NCBI GenBank assembly: GCA_010015585.1
Contig: ML975188.1
Direction: 5' to 3' (one strand)
From: Eremomyces bilateralis CBS 781.70
Taxonomy: Eukaryota
Length of the DNA: 64,000 nucleotides
Below are positions 51,009 through 64,000 of this stretch, one piece after another. Below the pieces are notes generated by a model. It was not told where the DNA came from, made no database searches, and worked only from the letters and a program-made list of their open reading frames with translations. The position numbers were made by a program, and so were the translations under genes. The stretch's first letter is position 1, and every line of letters begins with the position of its first letter.

Positions 51009-51016
51009 AGAGTCAT
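51009..51016 (-). promoter_or_regulatory. Gcn4/CpcA (cross-pathway control) element upstream of HIS4
   Basis: ATGACTCT on the - strand about 60 nt upstream of the ATG. HIS4/his-3 is a known cross-pathway control target. Confidence 0.5.
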
Positions 51017-51174
51017 CGGATTGATACTTGAAAGTTTTCCCACCTCAGCGCCCCCACCGAAGTCGCACTTGCAAACAAAGGAAGTTTGCTGGGGTGTGAC
51101 GCCACGACCACAAAGGCAGGCAGGGGGTCTGGGATACTTGGTGCCTTTGTGCCTTGGCGCCTAATGAGATCCTT

Positions 51175-51263
51175 TGCTTCACGCTTCACGCTTCTACTTC
51201 GTGCTTCTGCTTCTGCTTCACTTCAGCTTCTGCTTCGTGCTTCAGCTTCAGCTTCAGCTTCTC
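51175..51263. repeat. Degenerate (GCTTCN)n hexamer microsatellite
   Basis: tgcttcacgcttcacgcttctacttcgtgcttctgcttctgcttcacttcagcttctgcttcgtgcttcagcttcagcttcagcttc. Confidence 0.85.
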
Positions 51264-51705
51264 AACAGCAATCAACTCCTCCATTCTGTTCAACTTAGCC
51301 ACCTTCTCCTATCCCTTTCAATAGTGAAACGAGCAAAAGGTATGGCACTAATATGTATATATGTATAGCAAATGCTGGGTGCTAGGGGGTGTGTGATGCA
51401 TGTCTGTAGTAGTTCGCGATAGACAGTTGGAGATTACGATCGCGATGCGATACAAGTCACGGCTCAACTCATGAGCTCTGGATACGATGATAGGAATCCA
51501 TTTCTCTCACTTTGGTGCCTTGCACATGGTTTGGTACGTGGGAATGCTTATTGCTCGGCCGAACTTACAGCCTTAAGGCCGTTGTTCTCCAGGAGGTGCT
51601 TTTCTTTGTGTCCATTGGCTTCATGATGTGTTTACAAAGACACCTATTCATTGCTTCCCAGTCTTTCCTGCCTTGTTTATTGTCCATCGTCATATTACTC
51701 TCGGC

Positions 51706-53292
51706 TCAAAACTTCGTGGTGAAGTTCCATCCGACCTTCTTTCCTTTGGCCATTACCATCAAGATTACCGATACAACGTAAACAGCTCCGGTGAATCCGA
51801 CAACACCCCAGTATCCGCCATCGCAGGCCGAGATAAGAGCACCGGCAATCGGGACACCCGTTAGACTTGCGAGTGACACCACCGTGTAGCAAGTCGCATA
51901 ATACCGTCCGTACTCTTCTGTGCGACACAGCTGACCAACGCAAACGGGCGTTAAAGAAATATTGGATCCCGATGCAAACCCGAATAGGAACCCATATATA
52001 ATCACGATGGCCTTCAGCCCTGAGACCGAAATCTCCATCCCTTGCTCCCCGGAGTCCGGCGGTGCAAGAAGGCTGGCAGGGAGCCAGAGTGCAATTGTCG
52101 TCAGGGCACAGAGCGCCAGGGTGATGATCATTGCATTAAAGCGACCGATCTTGTCAGCGAAGACTCCTGGCAGCCATCGTCCAAGAACCGAACCAGCATT
52201 TAAGATGGCAATAAGATCGTATCCAGAGCCTTCCGACAGTGCTCCACTTGACATTGCAAAAGACGTCAGATACGTGACGGGAATGAACAAGCCCCACTCC
52301 ATGCAAAAGACGGCCGCAGTAACCAAAGCGAAAGAAGGATCGCGGAAGATCTTGAAGTCAGGCCAGACCGACTGGTTGGGGTCCGGTGGAAGTCGGGATC
52401 GGATGAAAATATTCGAAATGATGCATAGGACGAGGTAGATCAGGGCCACACACCGTGTGGCCCAAGCAAACCCAACCTTGGGGATCAGAGACTGCAGCAT
52501 CAGCGGAAAGATGATGCCGCCAATCGCCCCTCCAGTCGCTGCGAGACCGGTTGCGCCGCCACGCTTTTCACAGAAGAAGTGGGAGATGGCTGAGATTGCG
52601 GGCGTGAAGACTAAGGACGTACCAATGCCGCCCATCACACCGAAGACGAGAACAAATTGGTAGTATTCTGAAGAAACCGTCAGTGGCTGCCCCAATCCAG
52701 GACAAAGGAACACGCACCAGCACAGAAACTGAGAAGGACCACCGCCGCCAATAGCATGATGCTACCTCCCAGGATCAAAAGCCGTGGGCCATGAGCATCA
52801 AAAATCGGACCGATCTGGATCCCGCAGAAGAACGCAAGGAAGAAGGCAATGGAGAAGATCCAACCCAGGGTGCTCTCATCGTAGCCTTGGAGTTGATGTT
52901 CGGCAAAATATGCTTGGAATATACCGGCTGAGGATTGTTAGCCATCACCATACCGGAGGATGGACGGCCTATCGCTTACCAGTGTTCAAAATACCAAAGG
53001 CTGCCATCATCCCAGCGAATGCTCCGAAGACCACCAGCCAACCTTGCAGTCCGCCCTCCGGATAGTCGACATCTTCACGAAATGTCGATCCAGGTGCGTA
53101 GGACTCGATCCTGGATGGGACAGGCTGAAGCTCGGAGAGTCCATCGTGATTATCTGTATGGATGCATTTCTCCGGATCACCAACGGGACAGGTTTCAGGA
53201 TCGCTGCCCTCAGTCCGTGTGGTCCTAATGGTGATCTCCGAGTCCTGGGTGTAATGTAGTCCTGGCTTGCTGCCTTTGTCGTCTTCTTTCAT
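51706..53292 (-). CDS. MFS monocarboxylate-transporter family protein (MCH4/MCH5-like); introns 52979-52928 and 52717-52668
   Basis: YPEGGLQGWLVVFGAF, GPIFDAHGPR, SHFFCEKRGGATGLAATGG, DKIGRFN and VGQLCRTEEYGRYY, with many hydrophobic helices. Confidence 0.9.
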
Positions 53293-53961
53293 GTGATATG
53301 GATGTTCAATTGAAGGGTATGAGCTATATTGATTGTTGACAATAAGTATATAAATGCTCTACATAGAATGATTTCGTCAATAAAGATATTATGAGAAGTC
53401 TAGTTAAATGGAGGCACTGAGGTGGCGTTGAGGGGTTGAGCTGGTTCAGAGTTTTTTTAGTAGTTGCGGGGGACCCTGATGGGCCTGAGTCATGAATTCC
53501 GTTGTATGGGAAATCGGAGGACAGAGGCGACCTTCTGCTGGAGCTGGATGTGGAAATTCGATCCCCTCCACTAACTAAAGACAGAAATCTGGGACCGTTG
53601 ACCCCGCCAGCTCTTCTCCTCCTTTACCAGTAAGTGTTGCTGATGACAGCATAATATGTCAAATGCACGATATCGGCCGATTCCTCCAGAGGAAGGTCAA
53701 ACACAACGTCGACCAATTCGAACTTCGCGACACTTTTCATTTCGGAACGCCACGCTAAGACCGTGTTGAATGCAGATCCTGACCCCCTTGGTCAAACCGG
53801 TCAAGTCGACGGACAAGTTATTATCAAATTCATCAAGCGGAAAATACTCGTGGACGACAATTCAACAATGATTTCATGCATGTGGCCCTTTACGACGATC
53901 TAGATTCTAGAACTTATCCATCACCCAACTACTCTAAGTCGTCTCGCAAGCTCGATTGACG

Positions 53962-54813
53962 ATGGACGACTTAGCCACGGTCAATGCCGCTCTAGCCGAC
54001 GAGCTGATCTCAGTGAATTCTATATATGGCGATACGACTCTAGACCTGGCCGGAATTCCAAAAGATGGAAGCGACATAGTCTGCGTTCTTCGATTGCCCT
54101 CACATGCCGACACGGCTCTGCGGCTCTCCTTCCCTCTGGCATATCCGGATTTGCCGCCTGAGATCGTCGGCACCGAAACATTCGGTGGCCCACGCGGGGA
54201 AGGCAAACGACTCGTCGAACTCGCGCAAGATGTGTTAGCGAACGTCCATAGGCCCAGTGAGGTCTGTATCTTCGATTTCCTGGAAGACCTTAGCACGCTG
54301 CTGGAATCGGAGGGGGTTCTTCATGATCAAGTCGAACCGGAGCAGAATGATCACGCAGAGGAACTTGCGGGAAGCGAGCAGAGGCAGCAATTGGCCGCAC
54401 AACTCCTTGGGGAAGAACCTCCCTGGTCCATCTCGGAGCCCATCGCCAGCAAACGGAGCGTCTTTGTTGCTCGTGCGGCACCAGTCCAATCCGTGGAAGA
54501 GGCAAGTCGCTTCATCATGCACTTGAAAGATACCAACAAGAAAGTCGCCTCTGCAACGCACAACATTACGGCGTGGCGGATCAAGCGAGACAACATCGTT
54601 TATCAAGACTATGATGACGATGGTGAGGATGCGGCTGGTGGACGACTACTGCATTTGTTGCAGTTGACCGATTCTTGGAACGTTGTCGTCATCGTCACAA
54701 GATGGTATGGCGGAATCCACCTGGGACCGGACAGATTCCGCCTAATCGGAGCTGTTGCAAGAGACGCGCTAGTGGTCGGAGGGTTTGTCAAGGAGAAGAA
54801 GAAAGCTGGATGA
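53962..54813 (+). CDS. YIH1: IMPACT/Yih1 protein (RWD + UPF0029 domains), a Gcn1-binding Gcn2 inhibitor
   Basis: ELISVNSIYG and YPDLPP (RWD); KRSVFVARAA, ATHNITAWR, DDDGEDAAGGRLLHLL, VTRWYGGIHLGPDRF. Confidence 0.93.
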   Translation: MDDLATVNAALADELISVNSIYGDTTLDLAGIPKDGSDIVCVLRLPSHADTALRLSFPLAYPDLPPEIVGTETFGGPRGEGKRLVELAQDVLANVHRPSEVCIFDFLEDLSTLLESEGVLHDQVEPEQNDHAEELAGSEQRQQLAAQLLGEEPPWSISEPIASKRSVFVARAAPVQSVEEASRFIMHLKDTNKKVASATHNITAWRIKRDNIVYQDYDDDGEDAAGGRLLHLLQLTDSWNVVVIVTRWYGGIHLGPDRFRLIGAVARDALVVGGFVKEKKKAG

Positions 54814-54842
54814 GATATTCCTGGAAACAATAGGTTGGGGGC

Positions 54843-55830
54843 CTATCTGATGACACGTGTAGAAGGTGGTGGATTAAGGACTCCGAGGGAATCAGCTTCC
54901 ACAGGTTCTGAGCTTACTCTGGATCCATTCATGTCCAGCTTCTCTCGGACGCCGTTAAATAAGATGGCAAGCCGAATGATGCCGGTCGATGCCCAGATGC
55001 TCCATTGGCCAACAGACAAGATCCCTTCCACCGAAATGGTATCGATGTCTGCCGTGTCGACGTGAGGCGCCAGTCTCCAGAAATATATCTCAGCAGAGAC
55101 GACAATGAGGACCGCAACTGCTGGTACGGCAAGAATCAGGAGCTTTATGAACAACCGAATTCCACACTTGGCTCCTATCGCCCTATTCGTAATGGGTGTA
55201 ATGTCGATTCCTTCGTATATGGTTTCAATATCGCTTGACCTCTTCGACTTTGCCGCCTCGATCCGGTAGCATCGCCGCAAGAAGAGCTAGGCTAGCAAAA
55301 ACCAATCCAGAAATACCAACGTGGTTCCGGAACTTCTTGAAGTCGAGGCCGAACACGCTCGCATACTCTAACGGCATCCACCCGCATACTGTATATGCGA
55401 CCGTCTCGGCATGCTCAGAAGATGCAGAAACTTTTTCAAAAACCACAAATGCCGTCACAGTCCCGGTGCCGACAAGAACACCCCATATCCTTATCAGCGC
55501 TCGTGCCCGACTCGCACCAACCCGCTTCGGCACCAGGAGACTCCACACAGCGACCACAGACGACAGCGCCATCATTTCCACGACCGCTAAAGCATCGAGA
55601 GGCATTGGATTCGGGTTCCCTTGCTTTGTATCGGCCAAGGAACTCTTCAATTCTATAAAAGAGTGGATCGCAGTAACCACTGTCCGTGTGGTGAACGTCA
55701 CGAGCGCTGATCGGAAGAGCCAGCCCGGTGGGAGAGGGAGAAGCAGGAGGAGGACGAGGCAATATGTATGCAGACGAGGTAGAAAGGCGTACGGCGATGA
55801 TAGTGACAAGGCACACACTTGGATAGACAT
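54843..55830 (-). pseudogene. Fungal multi-pass membrane hypothetical protein split into two frames (possible pseudogene or sequencing error)
   Basis: Hydrophobic ORFs 55830-55225 and 55280-54843 overlap in different frames, and I found no frame-restoring intron. Motifs YAFLPRLHTY and EGILSVGQW. Confidence 0.5.
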
Positions 55831-56305
55831 TCCGCCACTATCGTGCCGTATTTGCTGGTTACAAGACCCTATCGGTTACCATAACTGTCTGCACGGACTT
55901 CTAAGAATGCATTTCTTCGCCCTCAAAGTTAGCAGAATTGTTTCATTATATACGAATTAAAGTATTCTAAATCGTTATCTTCCCCGGGAAAGGATCGCAA
56001 GAACAAGCTCCGTTCCTTGGGCGCAGTAATTTCGCTTGAAAACGGGGCATAGTTCTCTCCTTTCCAGGAATCAAGCCTTCAGTTCTGCGATGCATTTGGT
56101 GGTGGCGGAGTCTGTCCAACCCACTCCAGTAGTCACGAGAATGCGTTCAAGTAATTCAGCCCTAGATGCGATGGAACTGGGCCAAGAAATATTTCTATTC
56201 GTTTATTGAAGACCAAATCCAATGCTTTCTATATCACAAAAAACGGTAGCATCACATTTCCCTGGGCCTGCATACACTGAACGGCACTGAGTACACAATG
56301 GTTGA

Positions 56306-58610
56306 CTATAGCTTCGACGTCACTCGTCCTTCCTCATCCAATTCCTCGATCTTGGCGAATTTGTAATAGAAGTCCAGGCTCTCTGGGTTGAGGAGCGTTC
56401 CTGAGGGTTTAATGATTTTCCCTGATACGATCTGCTTCACTGGCAGCTCAACCTTCTTCAGATTGACCGTGGTCTGTTGCAGGATGTCAGTAAACGTGTC
56501 GTCAGAAGCAGGTAAAACGGCGAAGGTCTTACAGGTATTTCGCGCGTCTCAAAGACGTATTTCGGCACATGCCGCTTGCTCAATTCTTTCCCGATCCGGT
56601 CCTTGACGTCCTTCACGAGAAGCTGATTGAACTTCTTCCCCGGATGCATCAGCAGGAACAGAAGGACGCTCTCGTCGTCATCCTCCGGCCGTCGTTGCCC
56701 CACGCAGATGCTGTCTGCGATCTGATCCGTGAAGAAGTTCTCGATGACGCTGTAGATCTCCGCGGATCCGAACCGGACGCCGGAGGGATTGAGCACGCCG
56801 TCCGCGCGGCCGAGGAAGAAGATTTGCTTCGTGATCGGGTGGATCATGATGAAGTCACCGTGCGTCCAGACGTCGTTGAAGCGCTTGAAGTAGGAGCTAA
56901 AGTATTTCTCACCCTTGTCGTCGCCCCAGAAGTATACCGGCATGTTGGGGAAGGGTCTGGTGGCCACCAGCTCGCCTGGGACACCGTCTTCGAGCTCGCT
57001 CCCTGGGGTACCGTCGTTGCCTTCGATGGTCTGATCGTAGGCGGCGATGGCGGTGCCGACGCTGGGGCCAACGCAACCTCCAACATATATCGGCGTGAGC
57101 GGGTTTTCCATCGAAAAGCACCCGGCCAAATCCGTGCCTCCGGAGATGTTGGCTAGCTGGGCATGGGGCGGGAAACCGGTATCGTAGAACCACTCGAAGA
57201 GTGCATCCGACAGAACCATCCCGGTCGAGGTGACGGTCCGAAGTCTAGACAGGTCTGCAATGTCGCGCGGCGCAAGATTGTTCTTCTGGAATTCGTGCAT
57301 GTAGCGCGGAGATATTCCGAGGTTCGTGACTTTCAGGAAGCTGACTAGGCGGATGAAGGTTTTCAGGTCCGGCTGGAAGGGCGAGCCGTCATAGAGAATG
57401 GCGTGACCGCCATAGAGCAGGGATAAGATGGAGGACATATACATGATCCATCCGGTCTGGGGAACGTTAGCACTCACGAGCTCGAAGTGGACAATATGGG
57501 CACTCACCGTAGTATATTGCAACTGAACCATGTCTGGCCCGAGGTCTCGATGAAGTTTACCTTCCTTCATGGAGTTGAGGAGGATGCCACCAGTGGAGTG
57601 CACGATACACTTCGGGACTCCCGTAGTCCCACTGGAATAGACCACAAGGAAGGGATCCCTAAACTCCACTCTTTCAAAGGTTAACTTCGTGTTTCCACCA
57701 GCCGACTTCAAAAAGTTCGCCAACGTTTCCGACCGCGAAATGGCACTGATATCCACTGCTCTCTCAAATCTCGGCTGGATGATCGCACCCCAGAACTCCT
57801 CGACGTTGCTCATCCCGTCCAGGATCTCCTTGATCTTGGGACGCAGATCGGTCGTCTTCCCATTGTATACAGCGATATCATCAATGAAGACAAATCGAGG
57901 CTTGATCTGCAACAGGCGGTCCAAGACTCCCTTGGTACCCATGTCCGTGCTTGAGGACGAGAATAATCCACCTAGACTCGTGGTTGCTAGGAAGACACAT
58001 AGTGTGTCGAAACTATTGCTCGCGACCACGGCCACTCGATCACCTTTCTTCACGCCCCGTGCCCTCAACGCGTTGGCGAACAGCGCCACTCTGGAGCGAA
58101 GTTGCGCCCAGGTATACGCTCGAATCTCCGTCCCTCCTTCTCTAACTTCGGTGGTAGCAACCTTATCCGACTCCTTGCCCCTCGTCGACGTTGCAGTCGG
58201 GGTCCCGTGGACTGGAGAGAAGAGAACGTTCTCGGCAAAGTTGAGGCGGACCCCCTCGAACCAGCGGGGAATGCTGTCCATTCGCGCAGACGGGTCGACT
58301 GGTGTCGTGTAGCTGCCTTCATGGATGATCGGGTGAGTGGTCCAGACATCATCCCAGAATGAGAGCTGGGTGATCGAGTACTGGTAGAGGTCCTGGAAGG
58401 TCTGGTGGACAACGTCAATGATCCTTTCGCAATACTAGGGCACATGTTCCATGGAACCCTCTCAAAGGTGTTGGATAGGATCATTTGGCGTACCTGAAGA
58501 TTCGTCCCTCTGGTGCGGTTCGTTTGTTGCATGAACCTCCACATGTTCGTGTCCTTGGGATTCTTGTGCTCCCACAGCTTTCGCGGGGCCGTCAGGGTTG
58601 GTGCCGCCAT
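56306..58610 (-). CDS. AACS: Acetoacetyl-CoA synthetase (AMP-forming); exons about 58610-58494, 58401-57508, 57456-56533, 56473-56306
   Basis: WFEGVRLNFAEN, YSSGTTGVPKCIVH, ISGGTD, WTHGDF, GRADGVLNPSGVRFGSAEIY, LSKRHVP, KKVELPVK; C-terminus ...VTSKL*. Confidence 0.93.
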
Positions 58611-59518
58611 CTTTACTCCGGATCTTGTTGATTCTGATAGAGTCTATATTGAATAGGGAAGTCTATGGACTGTAGCAAGCTGAGAAATGAGGAATGACAC
58701 GGACGAGAGTAGGTCGGACTTCTGTCAGACTTTGCAAATGTAGGACTCAAGAAAAGAAATAGTACTTCTTTAACTAGGTAGTTATTGGAATCATGCACCT
58801 CCACCCCCGCAATAACGGTTCCTACCCTGTAGCGCCTCGTTCGGTTGATTGACCATCCCGCATCTGTACTTGGCCGAGGGGAATGAGGCAGTGGAGCCAA
58901 CGATGATAGCCGGAGAACGTTTGTTGGTGGCGGAGAACTTGATTCCTATCTACAAGCTTTTTGCACTGCCGTCGGACATCAGCTAGAGACATCAACACGT
59001 CCGAATTGCCATATTTTTGCATGGTTCTCTTGCACTGTGTTGCTGTCCGGCTTCGGAAAGATACATCCTGTCTTATCCCCCAGGTTTCGGAGAATGCGGG
59101 GAGGAGAACTGGAGAAGTGGGACGCAAATCTCGCGCGAACTCTCCCGAGATATGGCGCCTTAGCACATATCCGCTCTACCATAACGCTTCCGAGCTAATT
59201 ATTAGCTGGATGAGATTCGGGAAGCTTCCCACCTGAATGCATTTCTCCCGAAGCATGGCGCAAAACTGCAATTAAGGTGAATCATAGAACCAGCATTTTG
59301 AACAAGATGAGAAGTTGAGTCATTCAATTGAGTATACTTGTACAAAACGCTCCAAAATCATTACCAGTGAGTTCTATGTACGAGCCGGAATACGATTTCT
59401 CCGGAGACGAGTCCAAACGCCGTGGTATCACCATCAGAAAATCCAGGCACCGTGACAACCCTTATCGCGGAGAGGTTCACATGGCAATGTAACCCTCCTC
59501 CACGGCCTCCGCTCGCTT

Positions 59519-61253
59519 TTAGAACTCTCCTCCTCCGCCTCCCAAGGCGGCTGCTCCCCAAACACCTACAAGCCCCCAAAATCCTGCCCGCCATCCCCTC
59601 CAAAGGCCAGACATACCTTGGCCCTTGGACTTCTTCGGCTCTCTTAGCGGCTTTCCCGGTGGACCTTTCTTGGCGACGCTGGGCGACGCCACCTTGATCC
59701 TCACCCCTTCTTCCCGGGCGATATACCACATTGTTCCCAGCACGCCTCGGTACGGGCCTGGCGTAATGATGAGGTCGAGCTTCTCTTCCTTCGACGGGCG
59801 ACCGCTTTGTTCTTTTCGGAAGGACTTGTATCGATCATCGGAAGCCGGCGATCGGAGCAGAGACCAGTCCTTCAGGACATGGGCATGGCCGCGCCGAAGC
59901 ACGGTTTCGAGCGGTAGACGGATGAACAACTCCGCAACTTGCGTGACGAACGTGGCGACTGAAAAGGACGTGGGAGAGAGGACGGGGTCGATGGATAATG
60001 TGCTTCGAAGCACCATGGGCGACGAGGCGGTAAGGAGCGGAGGGATGGCGGAGTGGAGAAATGTGATCGGTAGGATGGCCGTCGGGACAACGAATGTAGG
60101 AAGGGATGCTAACGAAGGGAGAAGGTTTCGCGGAGGGGATGTATGAGGTGTAAGGATGAGTCTAGGTTGCAATGTCAGTTTTGGAACGATACAAGGCCAA
60201 TAAGTGGGTGTACTCGCCTGCTCCGAATGATATCGAGTGGACTGAGGATAACACCAGCGACGCCTGCAGCAGCGACGGCCACGCCTAGGCTCAGCCACGG
60301 ATGTGCACTGTGCGCTATCCTGATACCGGCCTCACCGATGGCTCCTACACCGATCGCCGTCCCAGGGTCGGAGATGTTAAACAGTGCGCTGAGAAATGAT
60401 CGTGTCCATGATTCAATCGTCTTGAGCAGAATATTGTAGACGAACGCGGTGTTTGTCGCTTTCCACAAGCCCCAGGCGCTCTCTTTCCCCCATAGCTGGG
60501 TCAACACTGGTATGAGAGCATCCGGACGACTCAGTTGAAGCCGCGAAGATTGCGATGGAGCCCGTGATCCACTGGTACCAGGGAATTGGGAACTCCTTGA
60601 GGGGGTGGACGGCTGAGAGGGTCGTCGTCCATGCATGTTTGAATTTGACCTCGAGTTGGCCATGTCGGGTCGAGAGTAGGCACGAGATGACTCCGGGGTA
60701 GTGGAGGTGAAGTAAGATGGCGAGTCATTGTCAGAATCATCGTCGTCGGAAGGAATAAACTGTACGGTCAGTATATCGACATAGGACAAGATAGGAGAGC
60801 TCATACATCTTGATATCGACCATTATAACTCGGGACATGTCGTGATCCGGGTGTTCCCATCCTCGCCATACTTTCTTCATCTGCACTTCCGGCCAGATGC
60901 ACCTGTAGCACCGTCTTTGCGACCTCAAACGGTTGTGCCATTAGCACCGACGTGTAGTTCCATACTGCTTGGTCCATGAACCTCTTCGCCATCTCCGCCA
61001 GCGACGGGGAACCCTCCGGAAGGTAGTCGCCATAGTCGAGATCGGACAACAGACTGCGAGCTGTATTCAGTTTCCCCATCTTGCTAAACGGGCGACCGGA
61101 CGCTGTTCCATTTGGACCATGCGATGCCGCATCAGGAGGAAGGCCTATGGATGGAGGGATATAGTACGGTCGATATGGGTTGGGGGTGTTTTGCGAAGTG
61201 CCGGGTCTCCGGAAGCTGGCGAAGGGAGGGTCATCGAGATCTGCCGACGCCAT
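59519..61253 (-). CDS. UGO1: Mitochondrial outer-membrane fusion protein Ugo1 (carrier-like); introns about 60804-60761 and 60216-60142
   Basis: PNPYRPYYIPP, YTSVLMAQPFEVAKTVLQV, WGLWKATN, SPLDIIRS, RLPLETVLRR, GLWRGWRAGFWGLVG...EF. Confidence 0.9.
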
Positions 61254-61912
61254 GGCAGCATAGTATCAGGTCATCAGCTGGGTTTATTGGAATGCAAGAT
61301 GCAGTGAGGTGTAGACTGTAACATGGAGCATCGGGGACGTCACCATCGATAAAACAATTCCTGAATCGCGAGACTGTCCAACTAAACATGGGCGACCAAT
61401 TAGCGCGTCATCGTAGACCTCTACGGCTGACGATAGCGACCAGCGTATAATTTGAACATACATCGATACATGTGGTGAAAGCAAGTGAATGTCTTCACCT
61501 CGACGCCTTCCTGGGGGAGACCTGCATTAACCAATTGAACTAAAAGAAATGTAGCGGGGAATTACATAGCTATCTTTACAATGGGAATATGCGAAAACAA
61601 CAACAATCGAAGGTTGTGACTCTTCAAGGATGCTTCTATGTCATTGATATTGCGGTTTCTTCCACTCCGCTTACTCCTGACATGAACAATAATGCCGGTG
61701 CAGTCATTGCTTGGTTGCAGATATTGTCGAGTTGGAATACGAATTTCCTACAAACATGGGAGGGCGCTGACCTCCATTAAGTACGGATATAGTCTACCTG
61801 TGGATCATGACCCTTCCCTCTTTAGTACACACATTCGAATCGATTGAATCCTGGTCTGCCATGCTTGAATGCCCGCTGACCCATGAAGCCTCAGCGAAAA
61901 GCATCCCTGTCA

Positions 61913-63728
61913 TCACCACCCTCTTCCCCTACCTCTCCCACCTCCGCGGCCACCCATCCCACCCCATCCCTGTGGTCCCTGCGGCCCACCTTGCCAGCTC
62001 GGAACCTGTGGGGGCTGCTGCTGCGTTCCTGGCCATGATGGCATCGGACCTGCGTATGGCATACCCATCGGCGGCGGAGGGGGGATCGAGAAACCTCCAG
62101 GCGCAATAGGAGGAGGCGGATGCGGAGGCCAATTCCCGGTGTAGCCCGCTGGGGGAGGGGGGATCTGCATTTGCATGCTGTTAGGTCCCATCGGCATTGG
62201 GAACGGCATGTTCGCGAACTGTAGGTTTGGCGGAGGGAACGGGCCGGACGAAAATGGTGGTTGGCCCTGAAATGATGCAGGAAATGGAGGTCCGGGAGCT
62301 GGTTGTGAGATGGGCGGAGAATATTGCAGAGGGGGCGGCCCTTGATTCCTTGGGCGATCGCGCCATTCTCTTGGTTCATTGCTAGCGTGAACTTGTGGTC
62401 TTAACTGCGATCGTGAGCGAGAACGGCGAGATTTATGCGGATACGGTGATCTTGAGCGCGATGAAGAGTATCGCCGTCTCCTCGCCGCTCGCGAGGACGA
62501 CTTGGACCGTGAACGTCCGTTGCGCGTGCGATCCCGCGAGTGGTTCCGTGATCGGCTGCGAGAATGGCTGCGCTGGTCCCGTCGTTTAGGAGTGCGCGAG
62601 CTGCCTCGACTCGGTGTATAGGACCGCTGCCTCGGTCGGCTGCTCGAGCGACTTCTTTCTCGACCCCGCGCACTCCCCGAGGCAAGTTCCCTCGCTCGCC
62701 GCTTCATCTGCTCACAGAAAGAAGCAGACCAGCCATAGTACGTGTCCAGCGGCACTAGCTCGCCCGTGTCGGGGTCCTTCACCAGTGGCTGGCCCATCGC
62801 ATCTACGTCTTGTACTTGCTCATCAGCATATGGCGAGCGGAAGATTCGATCAATGTCCTCCATGAAATCCTTGACCGTATTCACAAGACCTGAGTCTGCA
62901 GGACCCCGTGTAAGTTGGATCGGTTTCATGTGCGAAATATTGATCGGTCTCGGCGAATTCGGTCGTATATGCGGCATCATGTTTGCGGCAGGAAGATCGT
63001 AGTAAGGCGTGGAAGGGTCGCCATGAGTCGCGGGCAGATTATAGGGAACATCTTGATTATCCCCCCATCCTTTGACAGCGGCAGCGCGAGTCTGGCTCGT
63101 TGGTATTGGGAAGTCGGAGGTCTTCGCCGCAGTGGCACGTTCTCGTAATCTTGAAATCTCGCCTGATTCTAGAAGTTTTTGTCGCTCCCAAACGGCCAGC
63201 AAATCATCGAGCCTCCTCTCTAGCTTTGCGTGGCCTTTCGAGGAAGCCGACGTATGTGCAACCAGCTCCAACAGATGCGGTTGGATGCCATTCGAGAAGG
63301 ACTTGTAGTTCGCCGATGTCGCCTCGTGGTATCGCAAATGATGCAACGCGTCGCTTAGAAGGTACAGTATATGGAGGCGCCTGCGCGCCGAGGAGGGGGC
63401 AGCCTTTGACCCTCCATCATCCAACGATGCGGACACCGCCGCAAGGTATTTCACAAGCGATGTGGTCTTGGAGCTGGAAGGCACGCAGTTACTGACGAGC
63501 CATTTCCGGCATTGCTATCGCATTGCGACGGTTTAGTGGATCCCGAAACAATCACTTCGATCGGGATAGAATTCAAACCTGAACGTTGGTCGGCGAGCAC
63601 TCGAGGAGTACGGTGTTGAGGAGGGTGTGGAAACGCGATAGCTCGTCACGCGACACGGGGGTTGGATCGGGTCGTAGCAATCCTGCAGCGAAAGACGCCT
63701 TGGCTACTGAAAGACTAATCGAAGTCAT
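61913..63728 (-). CDS. CID (RNA Pol II CTD-interacting)-domain protein with RS-rich and Pro/Gly-rich tail; intron 63578-63515
   Basis: VAKASFAAGLLRPD...CSPTNVQ|QCRKW, RRLHILYLLSDALHH, LLAVWERQK, YYDLPAANM, YYGWS..FC, long RS tract, RGG end. Confidence 0.8.
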
Positions 63729-64000
63729 AGTGTTGAAGCAGCATTATTGCCCCGTGTATTGGTGCGAGGTTGAGGAAAATAGGCCAGTGGTGCATAAAGG
63801 CAACCTTTCTGCCCCAAATCATCACGAGCGCAGCTAGCACGTGATCTCTCCCATCCTAGAGTATAGCATCACCCCCCGTAGGATTATTAATCAAGGTATT
63901 CCTAATCATGGGGAGGAAACACGGAAATAGTTGAATCGCTCAAAAACAGCATCTTCGCGACGAGTGCATACTTCCTAATTAGGAAATCAAATGATCCCCT

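Overview
Gene-dense stretch of a filamentous ascomycete (Pezizomycotina) nuclear genome, judged from short GT-AG introns with CTAAC/CTGAC branch points and typical fungal housekeeping genes. About 20 protein genes can be modelled: an MPD1/PrpA-type PDI (5' truncated), a DHDPS-family aldolase, SNT2, an IQ-motif (IQM-like) protein, DUS2, an orphan 7-exon secreted protein, the U5-40K WD40 protein, a HeLo-like/ankyrin mosaic protein, BET3, SOM1/Flo8, a hemerythrin-like HHE protein, PXA1, PSY4/PP4R2, a GH10 xylanase, HIS4, an MCH-type MFS transporter, YIH1/IMPACT, a frameshifted membrane-protein gene, acetoacetyl-CoA synthetase ending in SKL, UGO1 and a CID/RS-rich protein. I found no rRNA, tRNA, CRISPR array or intact transposon, and no clear multi-gene novel system. 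The best leads are the NACHT-less HeLo-like + heptad repeat + SHD1-like + ankyrin protein, the orphan secreted protein, long AUG-free leaders on SOM1 and SNT2, two microexons, and a few gene or transposon relics. All family calls come from recognising motifs by eye; no database search was run.
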